Both the position numbers and the translations under genes were made by a program. The notes below the pieces were generated by a model, which was not told where the DNA came from, made no database searches, and saw only the letters and a list, made by a program, of their open reading frames with translations. From Carcharhinus amblyrhynchos (Eukaryota): 64,000 nt of DNA. Positions 25,556 to 37,270 of the stretch are shown piece by piece. The stretch lies in the NCBI GenBank assembly GCA_965287045.1, contig OZ336890.1, positions 32,674,001 through 32,738,000 on the forward strand, given 5' to 3'. Numbering within the stretch: the first letter of the stretch is position 1; every line of letters starts with the position of its first letter.

Positions 25556-25580
25556 AATAAAATAAAGAGCAAGAAATAAA
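25556..25580 (+). promoter_or_regulatory. Cluster of AATAAA hexamers, candidate distal GRIN2C polyadenylation region
   Basis: gcAATAAAATAAAgagcaagaAATAAAgg (three hexamers) in unique-looking AT-rich sequence between the two convergent genes. Confidence 0.35.
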
Positions 25581-26194
25581 GGAGCACCATCGCTGAATGC
25601 CAGTTCCAATCGGTGACCTGTCTCTCATATAATCTTCATTTCTACAAACTGAGCTCCTAAAATTTTAACAAGAGTCCCACACATTCACACACCAACTAAA
25701 TACACTGAGTCACTTGTATTTGGAAAGGATTGTGCCTTGCTGGTTAGAAAACAGTAGAGACTGCAGAAGGTACAAATAACCAAATTAAGACATAGTCCAG
25801 ATAATCGGCATCCACAAAAAACAGACTCAATGATGGGAGGACAAAGATCTGTATTAGATATAAAATGTGTGTGAACTGGAGGAAGAACAGCTGTCATTAC
25901 GCCTGGATACACAGGGAACTTGCAGTAGCCAAGGTGCTATATCACCCTGGATCTGGGCCCATCTCATCAGCACATGAGCTGTGCTGAACAGCAGCTCTCA
26001 GATTCTGAACACCAAAGTGATCATAGTGTCATTTGTTTACAATAAATCTGAACAATTTCAAGGTTGGGGCCGGGGGTGGGGGGGTGCGTGGTTGGGGAGG
26101 AAGGGGCGGTGGGAAACGAGTGGGTGAGCATTCTCGAATCAGGGGGTAGGAGGGAAGCAGCTGGGAGTTGGGAGAGGGGTGTTCAGCCAGAGGT

Positions 26195-26580
26195 CTTTGA
26201 TTTATTATTGTCATATGTGAAAAGTACTATTTCTTGCTTGCTATACAGAGAAAGCATACCATTCATAGAGAAGGAAAGGAGAGGGTGCAGAATGTAGTGT
26301 TACAGTCACAGCTAGGGTGTAGAGAAAGATCAACTTAATACAAGATAGGTCCATTCAAAAATCTGATGGCAGCAGGGAAACTGCTGTTCTGGAGTTTGTT
26401 AGTATATGACCTCAGACCTTTGTATCTTTTTCCTGGAGATGGAAGAGATAATATCTGGGGTGCACAGGATCCTGAGTATGCTGGCTACTTTTCTGAGGCA
26501 GTGGGAAGTGTAGACAGTCAACGGATGGGAGGTGATGGGCTGGGCTTTATTCATGACTCTTTGTAGTTCCTTGTGGTCAG
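26195..26580 (-). mobile_element. Rex1/Babar-like LINE 3' end
   Basis: Shares long near-identical blocks with 13035-13460 (gaatgtagtgttacagtca.agctagggtgtagagaaagatcaacttaat). Confidence 0.8.
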
Positions 26581-27669
26581 GAAGGGGGTTGGGTTTCGGG
26601 GGGGGCGGGGGGCAGGAGCAGGAACTGGGGGCCCAGTGCGGATTGTGGGAATTAAAGCTTAATAGAGTTAGTGAATAATGACAATGTGTACAAAATTTGC
26701 TGAAGGACAGAAAGGAATGTGCAGTGGTGAAGGCTTGTTTTCCAGACTGGAGTGATATATACAATGGCTTCCCCGCAGGGTTAGAATTCATGTCACTGCC
26801 CCTTTTTGACATATATTAATGACATGGACGTGGGTAAACAGAATAATTTCAAGGTCTGCAGCTGCTATAAAACTTAGAAATGTAGTAAACAGTGAGCAGG
26901 AAAGTGAAATGGGCAGACAGACACATAGTTGATGAAATGTAGTGCAGAGAGGTGTGAAGTGATGTATTATATTAGCAGTTACTATGAACTAAATTGCATT
27001 ATTTAAGGTGGATGCAGAACTGAATGATCTGGAGGCATTAGAATCCAAGGGGGGATTTCTGTTTTCTGAGGATGGGATCCGCAGCAGGAGCAAGAAATCC
27101 CACAGGAGTTCAAATATGGGGTTTATACTGACGGGATTTCCCACTGCAATTGTCCCTGTACCCGATCAACAAAGTAATGGGAATCCCAACATTCAACACC
27201 AGGATCCCCATTTGTAATTTGGCATTTAAAAATATTCAGTAAGTCTCCCAGGCCGTGTACCCCTGGCAAACAGAATCTGCTAGAAGAGTTCAAGCGAGTG
27301 TATCGCTCAGGAAGTGGGGGGGGGGGGGGGGGGGGGGGTGTGGCGGCAGTCATACCCAGGTATTGCCCCCTTGCACTACCCAGGCAGTGCTAGGGGTGTT
27401 CCTTGTTTTGGGGCGAAGAGAAGAAACATCTTGTTAAGGAGATTTCTATTTTTAATTTCTTGTATTGGGGTGCCCTTTTCTTTTAAGATCCAAGTTATTG
27501 GCAGGCCAGGTTCAGCACTGTGATATTGTGGGACCCGCCCAGTTATTTTTATTTCGCTCTGATCCAAATGACATGGGGAAAGCCACTTCTGGGGCTCGGG
27601 GCTTTCTTGCCATTTTTCCCACCTGCTGCACCACTTTGCCTATTTTTGGAAAAAAATTTGAACACAATT

Positions 27670-28160
27670 CAGAGAAATAGGCCATTTGGCTTCTCGAGCC
27701 TGCTCTCCTATTAAACATCATGGTGGATCTGACTATTGCCTCAACTCCATGTTGCAACTACTAACCCCCATAATCCTTGACTCCATTGTCAATCAAAACT
27801 GTAACTCAGCCTCAAACATATTGAAGTAACCCAGCCTCCACTGTTTTCTGTGAAAAAAAATCCACAGACTAACGACCCTCAAATCATTTCTCCTCATCTC
27901 CATTTTAAGTGGGAGATTCCTAATTTTAAACTGCATGCTCTAGTTCGTTTCAACCTCAAGGGAAAACATTCCCTGAGCATCCACCCCGTCCTCTCAATCT
28001 TACATTTTTTCAACAAGCTCATCTTTCATTCTTCTAAATTCCAATGGGCATATGTTGAATCTGCTCAATCTTTGTCATTAGATAACTCCTTCATCCCAGG
28101 AATCAGTTCAGTCTAGTGCTCTGAACTGCTTCTAGTGCAATTATTTCCTTTCAAGATAAT
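27670..28160 (-). mobile_element. CR1 LINE 3' fragment
   Basis: ggccatttggcttctcgagcctgctc 3'-UTR motif and following sequence parallel 45990-46450. Confidence 0.7.
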
Positions 28161-28593
28161 TTGGTTCTTTATCCAAAGGACCACATCTATGATTTAGAGG
28201 TGGTGGGGAGTGGTCAGAGATTGGGAATAGGAACCAAAACTGATATCACTCCCCCAATCCCACAAAGCAACTGTGCCAGAAATTAATGAATGCAGTGTAG
28301 GAGATGATTGAACCCAAGTTTCTCCACTTTGTATGACTTGATACCCTACAGATGAGTGTGTTACCATGATCAGGTCCCTTGATGCTTTTCCCAGCTGTGC
28401 CCTTATCTGATTGTCCATTAATCTGCATATTATTGATTCCCACTGATACAGGGGACATTCATAGGGGAAGTAAAGGCAAAATACAAATAACCAGTTTGCT
28501 AGATCAGGACAGTTAGTGCCGGTCATGCCCAAAATGATGAATGGAAAGGACAGGAGAGAGATTGGAATTCAGAGTACATTTGGATTCAAACAC

Positions 28594-28599
28594 TTTACT
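28594..28599 (-). promoter_or_regulatory. Candidate TMEM104 polyadenylation signal (AGTAAA variant)
   Basis: Minus strand reads tgtatatttc...caattgtatAGTAAAgtgtttg, with TGTA elements upstream and pyrimidine-rich sequence downstream, ~1.2 kb after the stop in apparently repeat-free DNA. Inference only. Confidence 0.4.
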
Positions 28600-29807
28600 A
28601 TACAATTGTAACAGAGTGCAGAAATATACAGCATATCTATCAGAACCCAAAACTATAAGCCATTTCCCTTTACACACCCATTTGCAGCATTTACAGCTCC
28701 TCTTGAGCACTTTCCACATAAAACATCACACATTGTGGAATATTTCATGTATGAAACTGAGATAATATTGCACAAGATCAAAAGCAGAGGCCAGTGCCTG
28801 GACTGAGATTCCATCACTGCCTGCACTGCTCTTTGCACAGCCCAATCTGGGCAGATTAGAAACCAAGGTGGTCATCCCACCCGTACACATACATCTCTAA
28901 AGGGAGAAGAGGTGCATTTAAAAACAGGCACAGCTGCACAGGCTTAGTAAACATGATGCGCAAGGCACCTCACAAAGAGTACAAGGCACTGCAGAGAAAG
29001 TATGTAGTGGGGGGAGAAGGGTCAGAGATGCTTTAGGCCCAGTTCCACGGGGACAGCAGGTGTGACATGCTGGAGTTAAAATTGAACCTATAATAGTTCA
29101 CCCAAGCAAAGCAGTAGCCAGAATAGTCTGTCTGGTCAACAACTTTACAGGAGTTTGTGCATTCATTGAAAAATAAGCCTTTTCCCATTACACCCCAATC
29201 AAAGACAGGCGAGTTTACAGGTGACAGGAGGCATCCAGTAGCGTCGCTCAGTGACGTTGATTCAGTTAGAAGTTGCGCCATCCTGCAGAATTCCACAAAG
29301 TGCTTTCATAGATTCAGTCACTTCCAGCAGCTTTTTATAATACAAAGATTTACAGCCTTAATTTGCAGTTACCTCTATTTGATTGTCAACAATACTTTTT
29401 AACTGTAGAGAAAGAGAGTTTCTCGTCTACAAGGTTATCCCACAAGGACAGCAATGATGGGTCACCTTTACCTGACTTATATTCAAGGTTATGTCAGGAA
29501 AATAGGACGGGTCAAGAATCACTTCAGCGTCTAGATGTTGCACGATGCCAAGAAACAGCTCACTTCAGTTATAAACGATGAGTTAAAAATCTGATTTTTT
29601 TTTTGTCATACTGCGAAAAGTGAAGTGCATCTTTTTAATAAGAGTTAAAAAAAATTAATATGTAGATTTTGGAAACTGCTACCGTAAAACATGATATAAT
29701 TAATACTTAAATGAGTTGACTGTGAATTTACATTTTGCCACAGCCAAGTCAGTTTAAGGGAGCTGAGTCTAATGAACAGGGCAAGGCCTCCTGGACATTG
29801 CATTGGC

Positions 29808-30565
29808 TCAGGGTTGGGTTTCTGCCAGCACAATGTTGGTTGTTACAAAAATGAAACAGGACACTGACCACACCAACACAAATAGAACCCAAAAGCTATG
29901 CTTAAAGGGAGATCTGTGCTTATTCTGAACATCATTACCAAACATAAGTCCAATGTCTTTCCTGCTGAAATAGACCAAGCACGCAGGGATGATATATTGA
30001 ATACCAGTGCCTGCGTAAGAACCAGTGATGCCAACCAGAGTCTCCAGGTCATGGGTGCAGAATGCCACGAATATAGGAGGAATGACGGTGATTAGGGGAA
30101 AAACGATTCGGTCTATCAGCCATGGGTACATTCCCCCTTCTCTGTGGAAGACGGTTTTCCAGTTATTGCGTAACGTAACTGCAATTATTGGAAAATTTGT
30201 GCTGATTGTAAAAACTGGGAATAGTCCCAAGAAGTAGCGAATGAAGGGCACACTGATGACACTGCAATTGCTTGTGAAGTTGAGGGTGTACATGTCCTTC
30301 AGATTACTGAAGCAGAAAATGGCAGTGAAGGACAACAGGCTGTAGAAGGCTAGGATGAGCACGTAGTCGACCAGGACCAGCTTGTTCATGTGCTTCTTCT
30401 TACTGATGGGAGTGATGAGTGAGGGCAAGGAATGTTGACACATGAAGGAATAGACACACACACCAAACAAGGTGGGGATGCCAGCAAAGTTGGCGATAGG
30501 GGGATGGCCCTCTCCTGCACCCTCACCGATCCTGATCAAAGCCAAAATGATCATGATTATAAAAG
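29808..30565 (-). CDS. TMEM104: Transmembrane protein 104 (SLC38A12, amino-acid transporter-like), terminal coding exon
   Basis: Minus-strand acceptor ccccttgccttgcag|CT TTT ATA ATC ATG, continuing into the 248-aa ORF with FGVCVYSFMCQHSLPSLITP, FPVFTISTNFPIIAVTLRNNWK and NKHRSPF motifs of TMEM104. TGA stop at 29810-29808. Confidence 0.95.
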
Positions 30566-32009
30566 CTGCAAGGCAAGGGGAGAGAGAGTAGTCAGAAAAT
30601 AAACAGCAATTTTATACAATAGAACAAAAAAGCCACAGATAATCCACATAATAAAACATTCTGAAAACAATCAGGTCATGCGGCACCTAAGGACAGAGAA
30701 ACAGTTAATGTTTCAGCGAGGTGATATTTATCAGAATTCAAGAAAGTTAGCTTCACAATGAATCTGAAATATGACAAAGCCAGGGAAAGGAGGGAGGGGT
30801 GGGGATGAATAAAAGGAAAGGAGAAAGAGATGGAGTTAAAGGCAAGAGATTAAATTACACAATGTTATAAAATACACAGCACAGAAATAAACAATTCATT
30901 GCAACCAGATCATGCTGGTGTTTATATTCCAATTGAACCTCCTGTCATTCTTCATCCAATTATCATCTCAACTCTATTCCCCTGCACCTTAAATGCTCAT
31001 CTACCCTTCCCTTAAATGCATCACTTTATTTATTTCAACTATTCCCCATGGTAGCAAGTTCCACATTCTCATCGTCCTCACAGTAAAGAAGTTTCTTCTA
31101 AATTCCCAGTTTGATATCTTGGTGATCATCTTATATTGATGGCCTTTAGTTAAGTGTTTCCTCCTTTGTGGGAAAATTCAGTGTCTACAACAGTTTTCAT
31201 AATTTTCTAGATCTCTATTAAATTCACCTTTAGCCTTCAATTTTCAGGGGGAAAAGGGATCTAGCCCGTGGATCCTTTCCTAATGTGTATAACCTTGGCT
31301 CTGCTAACAGCCTAGTAAATTTTTGTACATCTTCTCAAATGCCTCGAAATAGCTTTTCAAAAAGGGATTACTGTGTACAAATCTACGCAGAAAACAGATT
31401 CGACATGTTTAGCACAACTTCTGTACCTTTCAATTCTATCCTTCCAGAACTAAACAGCAATTGCAATGGGCTGTAATAACATGATCTCATTTTTCAGATC
31501 AAAAACATACTCTCTCATACTCGTCTTGGAATTCATTTATAACTCTGCTCTGTTTTCATTGATATTAAAATTCATTGATTTTGCAATATGAACAAGTTGT
31601 CCCAGTATTAAACTTTTTGGAACTCTATCTTCTACTTTCTGTCATTTGAAAAACTACTCTTTACACTCGCTCTCAGCCTTCATTCTTACAACCAGCTAGC
31701 TGTAAATTCTACTTGCCCAGTGACTCCACATGTTGCTACCTTATTCATTAACTTACCACATGGTACCTTATCAAAAGCATTTTGGAAATCTACATATTAA
31801 ATCTACTGCATTACCATTGCCTTCACTCTTTCAGATAGAATTCCATTATATCCCAACCACCAATGTTAGCTGACTGGTTTACATATCTCCGGTCATGCCA
31901 CGTGTCCTTTCTTATATAAAAGGCATCATATTAGCTATCCATCAGTCCTTTGGTACTACATCTTTTCTTAACAAAATGTTCAGCTGCAATGGAATTGTTA
32001 CCAAAAGAT

Positions 32010-32325
32010 ATAGAATCATAGACCCCTACAATGCAGAAAGAGGCCCTTCGGCCCATCAAGTCTGCACTGAGCACAATCCCACCCAGGCCTTACCCCCATA
32101 TCCCTACATATTATACCCACTAACCTACGCATCCCTGGACACGAAGGGGCAATTTCTTAGCATGGCCAATCAACCTAACTCGCACATCTTTGGACTGTCA
32201 GAGGAAACCCACACAGGCACGAGGAGCATGTGCAAACTCCACACAGTGAGCCCAGCCGGGAATCAAACCCAGGACCCTGGAGCTGTGAAGCAGCAGTGCT
32301 AAGCACTGTGCTACCACGCTGCCCT
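32010..32325 (-). mobile_element. HE1-like V-SINE
   Basis: tagaatcatagacccctacaatgcagaaagaggcc tail, V core and tRNA-like head (gggcagcgtggtagcacagtg on the minus strand). Confidence 0.88.
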
Positions 32326-33289
32326 GTCCGAAATTGTCCAAAAAAATGGAAGCAGTCATTAAGATCCAAAATCGTTAGATTTGATGTTTTGTCTGGTAAG
32401 CTGCAAGGTGCCTAATCAAAAGATGAAGTGCTGTTCCCTCCAGTTTTCACTGAGCTTCAATAAAACAGAACAGACCTAAACTAAATCGGAGCAGGAGTGA
32501 GGTAGCAAATTAAAATGCTGAAAACTCAAAACCCGGTCAGACCTGTGGAGTGAATTGAGGTACTGAAAGCCATTGAACAAGGGGTGATAAATATCTATTA
32601 TTAATATTTCTTTATTAGTGACAAGTAGGCTTACATTAAAACTGCAATTAAGTTACTGTTAACGTCCCCTTGAGGTCTAGAGACAAGACTATAAGTTCCA
32701 TGGGAGAAGATGACCAAAATAATGGGTGTATAAGGATACTCCAGGTTGTCAATCTTTGGAAGGAGGTAGAAACGGAATCACAGAGTTTTATCTGGGTGGG
32801 GGTGGGGGGTCAGCTACGAGGTTGAGGGCTGCAGAGAGTTCTCCAGAAAAGCTGAAGTCAATTATAGTTTGGGAAACAATGGCTCAATTTCTCGGTGACA
32901 TTATGGCCCAGTAGGAGATAGAGGTCAGAGAATTAGTGTTCAGCCTTTAAAGGTAGATATCTACCAGAGATCTGCTCACTAAACAGCAGCTTCTTTGTCA
33001 GGAGGTTTAATGACAATCTTCATTTATGCATGATTAAGGTGGCAATCAGAAGTCAGTCTGGGTCAAAGCTAACTAATCAAATCCAAACTAAAAGTCAAAC
33101 TCATGGAGGTATGAATTATTTCTTCTCTACAGTAACTACAGTCAAAAATTTTTATTACTGCATCAAAAGACCAAATTCAAAATAGACGAACCTGTCTTTC
33201 ATAATCTAACAATTCCTATGCTTCCACCCTATTTTCACACTCCCCACACAATGTATTGAAGTCTAAAGATGCGTAGATTAGGGGATTAC

Positions 33290-34185
33290 ATCATCTTCAG
33301 AGCCTTCAACAGATTGTTGAAGACGACAAACATCTCGCCAAGCCATCCCCACACCCCCAATTCTTGTCTTCAAACAACTGCACAATCTCAAACAGACACT
33401 GTTTGCAGCAAATTACCCAGCCTTCAGGAGAACAGCAACCGCGACACCACACAACCCTGCCACAGCAACCTCTGCAAGACCTGCCAGATCATCAACACCA
33501 ATGCCATTATCTCACGCGAGAACACCATCCACCAGGTACATAGTAGATACTCATGCGACTCAGCCAAAGTTGTCTACCTTATACGTTGCAGGAAAGGATG
33601 TTCCGATACCATGCAGACACAATGACAATGGATGAACGGATACCGCTCAACAATCACCAGGCAGAAGTGTTCCCTCCCTGTCAGGAAACACTTCAACAGT
33701 CAAGGACATTCAGTCTCCGATCTTCAGCTAAGTGTTCTCCAAAGCAGCCTTCAAGACACACAACAATGCAGAATCGCCAAGCAGAAACTGATAGCCAAGT
33801 TCCGCACGAGGACGGCCTCAACTGGGATCTTGGGTTTATGTCACAATACCTGTAACCCCCACAATTTGCTTGGGCATGCAAAATATTACTAATTGTCCTG
33901 GCTTGAGATAATTCACACCTCTTTAACCTGTGCTTAACCCTCACTCCACTCACCTTGTCTGTACCTGTAAAGACTTGATTACATGTTAAGACTCACATTC
34001 CAACTATTATCTTGCAATTGAGTCTGTGTCTATATATGTCGTGTTTGCGTACCCAACTTTCCACTCACCTGATGAAGGAGCAGTGCTCCAAAAGCTCGTG
34101 CTACCAAAAAAAACCTGTTGGACTTTAACCTGGTGTTGAGAGACTTCTTGTGGCCACCCAGTCCAATGCCAGCATTTCCACATCA
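33290..34185 (+). mobile_element. Penelope-like retroelement 3' part (GIY-YIG endonuclease pseudogene and terminal repeat with hammerhead motif)
   Basis: PCHSNLCKTCQII...YSCDSAKVVYLIRCRKGC, MNGYRSTI...PVRKHFNSQGHS and HEDGLNWD are Penelope endonuclease motifs; CTGATGA motif at 34069. Confidence 0.88.
34066..34100 (+). ncRNA. Minimal type I hammerhead ribozyme motif, probably inactivated
   Basis: CAC-CTGATGA-A-GGAGC-AGT-GCTCC-AAAA-GCTC-GTG: stem I CAC/GTG, stem II GGAGC/GCTCC, palindromic AGCT. The required GAAA reads AAAA (34090). Confidence 0.7.
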
Positions 34186-36014
34186 TTACACAAAAGGCAG
34201 AGATGATTTCTCCAGAGTCCTGACCAAGTTATCTATCCCTCCAATGCTATGAAAAAAGAAACTAAATCGTCACTTAGCTCATCACTTTTTGTGCAACCTT
34301 ATTGTGTGCTGTTTGGCTACTGCATTTTCTACATTACAATAGATCACCGATTGAACCAGGCTGTTCAGTGTTCTGACATTTCAGTCTTAATGATTGCCTA
34401 CATTCACCTTTGCGATATCACCCATCTTTACCCATGCCTCAGATTACCTACTGCAAAAACCCACATCCATACTCATTTACCTGCAGACTTGACCATGCAA
34501 ATGCTTTTCAAGCTAACCATCCATCTTCCATACACAGATTTCAGTTCTTCCAAAGTTCTGCTGTTAGTACCCTAACTCTCACTATAGCTTGTTAACTAGT
34601 CACGTTCTTGCTGAACTAATTTGTTTTCCTGTCCAACAATGTTTATTTCAAAATTTGCACCCCCATTTTCAAATCACTATGGTTTCTTCCTTGCTTATCC
34701 ATAAAATCTCCACTGGCTCTTTATGCCAAGAACTCTGTTCCTCCAACTCTTGCTTCCAGTCCACCGGGCATCACGCTTTCAGCCATCTGGGCTGAAGCTC
34801 TGAAAGCTCCCTCTGAAACACCACCTCTCTTTCCTTGGTCTTTGATTAAGATTTTGTTCATCTATCATAATATTGTCTTTGGCTCAGTGTCAATTTTGTC
34901 CAAGTACACTCCTGTGAAGCATCATAGGCTGTTTGCTATGTTGTAGGCACTATACAAGTGCAAACCAATACTGCTGCTTTGCATGGAGAACAGTAGCCTT
35001 GAAAAGATAATTGATGCTGCACAGAGATTTTATGTAGCAACCTTCCCATCTGACACAGGAAATCATTCCATTCAACAGTCTGGAGTGCAATGAATCCCAA
35101 GTTCTGAGAAAGATTCTGCATTGGAAACTCCTTCTAAGACTCTCTTTTCAGTCAAAAGTTTTTGAATAATCATCCCTCCAAATCAGTCACCCAACACCAT
35201 ACCGAATGGTTCATGTTTTCCCCAAGTCATGACATTTAAATACCCCATTTCCACTGGACCAATCCTCCCAGATACGAAGTTCATAACTTGTACTGACATT
35301 GTCTCTTGTAGAAGTGTGTCATGGCACGGTGTAAGTACAGATAGGAAAATGATTTATAGCTCTAATCATCAAAGGACTTCAAAGACATTATTCACTCATT
35401 ATCTAAAGCTATAAGCTATTTCAAAGAGTGAAAGAGAGTCAGCACACCCTCCCACTTCTAGGACAAATGCCATACACACTTAACAGTTCTTCTGTCAAAG
35501 GAAAATCCCATTTGAATTAGAGTCCCTGGGTGATTGGAATTTAACACGAGTAATGAGATGTGCAAGTGCACAAAATAGGATATCTTCAGAGTGACTTTAA
35601 AAATTAGTAGACGGCCAGAAACACAATCTGTTTTTTGTTCCAAGGGTTATAAGTGAAACAGAAGATCGATTACATAGGCTGCAGGTTATTTAACAAAAGT
35701 TATGAATTCTGTGTTATAATATTTGATCATCAGACTGCCAGTTTTGGATTTTTTCTAATTTTATTTCATTTCCTGAAGCTGATCTTTGATATATCACCCA
35801 GCTGGTCAGTCTGAAGTTCAAGTGTTAAAACAAGATATTTGACCACAAGGGCATCACAGTTGAGCAGGATCCCATCCTTCAACTCTCATGCAGTTGCAGG
35901 GAGATAAAAGCACACCAATCCAGATGGGCCCTATCTAGCAAATATTGCCCCACTAAAGTCCATTTAAGTAGCTAACAAAATTCATAAATTTGTAACACCA
36001 CATGCTGTTCAGTA

Positions 36015-37270
36015 GGACACAAAAAGTTTTAATGCTGCAAACATTCAGCAGGTCTGACAGCATTTTTGGAGAAGGAAATCGCTAACATTTCAGGTTAATG
36101 GCCCTTCATCAGAATGGGGAAGTTGGAAGTTTAAGAGTGGGAAAGAGGATGGCTTGTGATAGGGTGGAGAACAGGTATGATTAAAGTTTCATGGCATAAG
36201 GCAAAGGGAGTGGGAATGGGATAAGTGAGGAAATAAAGGATTTTTCAAAAGGAGGGTAGAGTGGCCTCAACTCCACATTGCCAACCTTTGATAACTTTCA
36301 TTGCCTTTGTGACTGCAGTGATTGTCCCTTTAAAGATCAATCTGCACAGCAAGGTCACATGACCCAGGGACCCTATCAAGGAGCAGGGTGGAGGAATGAC
36401 CCTGCAAAGCAGTGGTTGCTTTTCCAGAACCTTCTTTGGAGTTGGCTGCAGCCAATTATTACAGTTAGTCAATTATTGTGAATCAAAGGTCTATGTACCT
36501 CACTTAAAAATATTAACTGACCTTTTTGCAAATGAAAAAGATATAACAACTGCCTCTGCCCATGGCCCCAAACATGCCTTCAAGCAAAACAGCAATTCAC
36601 TCTCTCTTCTCAGTTTAATATACTATTGTTTTTGCTGCTCATGACATGGTCTCCTCTACATTGGGTAGACTGGCTGACCCTTTTGTGAACATTTTCATTC
36701 AGTCTGTAAGCACACTGCTGAATCTCTGCCTGTAATTCTCCATCTTGCTCCCAATCTCAGCTTTGTTCTTTTCTTGCTACAGTGAAGCTCATCAGTTCAA
36801 AGGAGTGCTACCCTCATCTTGTGACTGTGCAATTTACAGCTTTCCGGGTTCAACAATTTTAGATCGCAGTTTTTATCCCCATCTTGCTTTGTGGATTTTT
36901 GCTCATTTGGATTGTTCTTGTTTCTCTTATCTCCTATACTTTGCCTGCCATTTACACCTCCTCAAGACAAATCCTTTGTTTCTTTATCAGGCCTGGTCCC
37001 ATACCCTTTGACCTTGCACCATGAAACCTTTGACATTTAATCTCTCCTGCCTTCTCCAGCCATTTGCTTAAGCTCTTCTTCTTGCCACCATCACCATCCC
37101 CGCGTCTCCTCATTTCTTTTGCTCAAAACCTATTTCAAACTTTTCCCAGTTCCGATGAAAGGTCACAGGCCTTTCTCTCTCCACAGATTCTGCACCTGGG
37201 TATTGTCATAATTTTCTGTTTTGAATTCAGATTTCCAGCATCCGCATTTTGCTTCTGTTCAAGGAAAAAT
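36015..37270 (+). mobile_element. Decayed Penelope-like element with terminal repeats in inverted orientation
   Basis: Left end carries the terminal repeat on the minus strand (cagcaggtctgacagcat...cccttcatcagaa). Right end carries it on plus (tccgatgaaaggtcacag...ctccacagat...ttcagatttccagcatccgca). Middle translates IYYCFCCS*HGLLYIG*T (GIY-YIG). Confidence 0.7.

Noticed and set aside
27316-27338. Poly-G run (also (CT)n at ~21239-21263)
   Set aside because: Simple repeats, error-prone in assembly, with no evidence of function.
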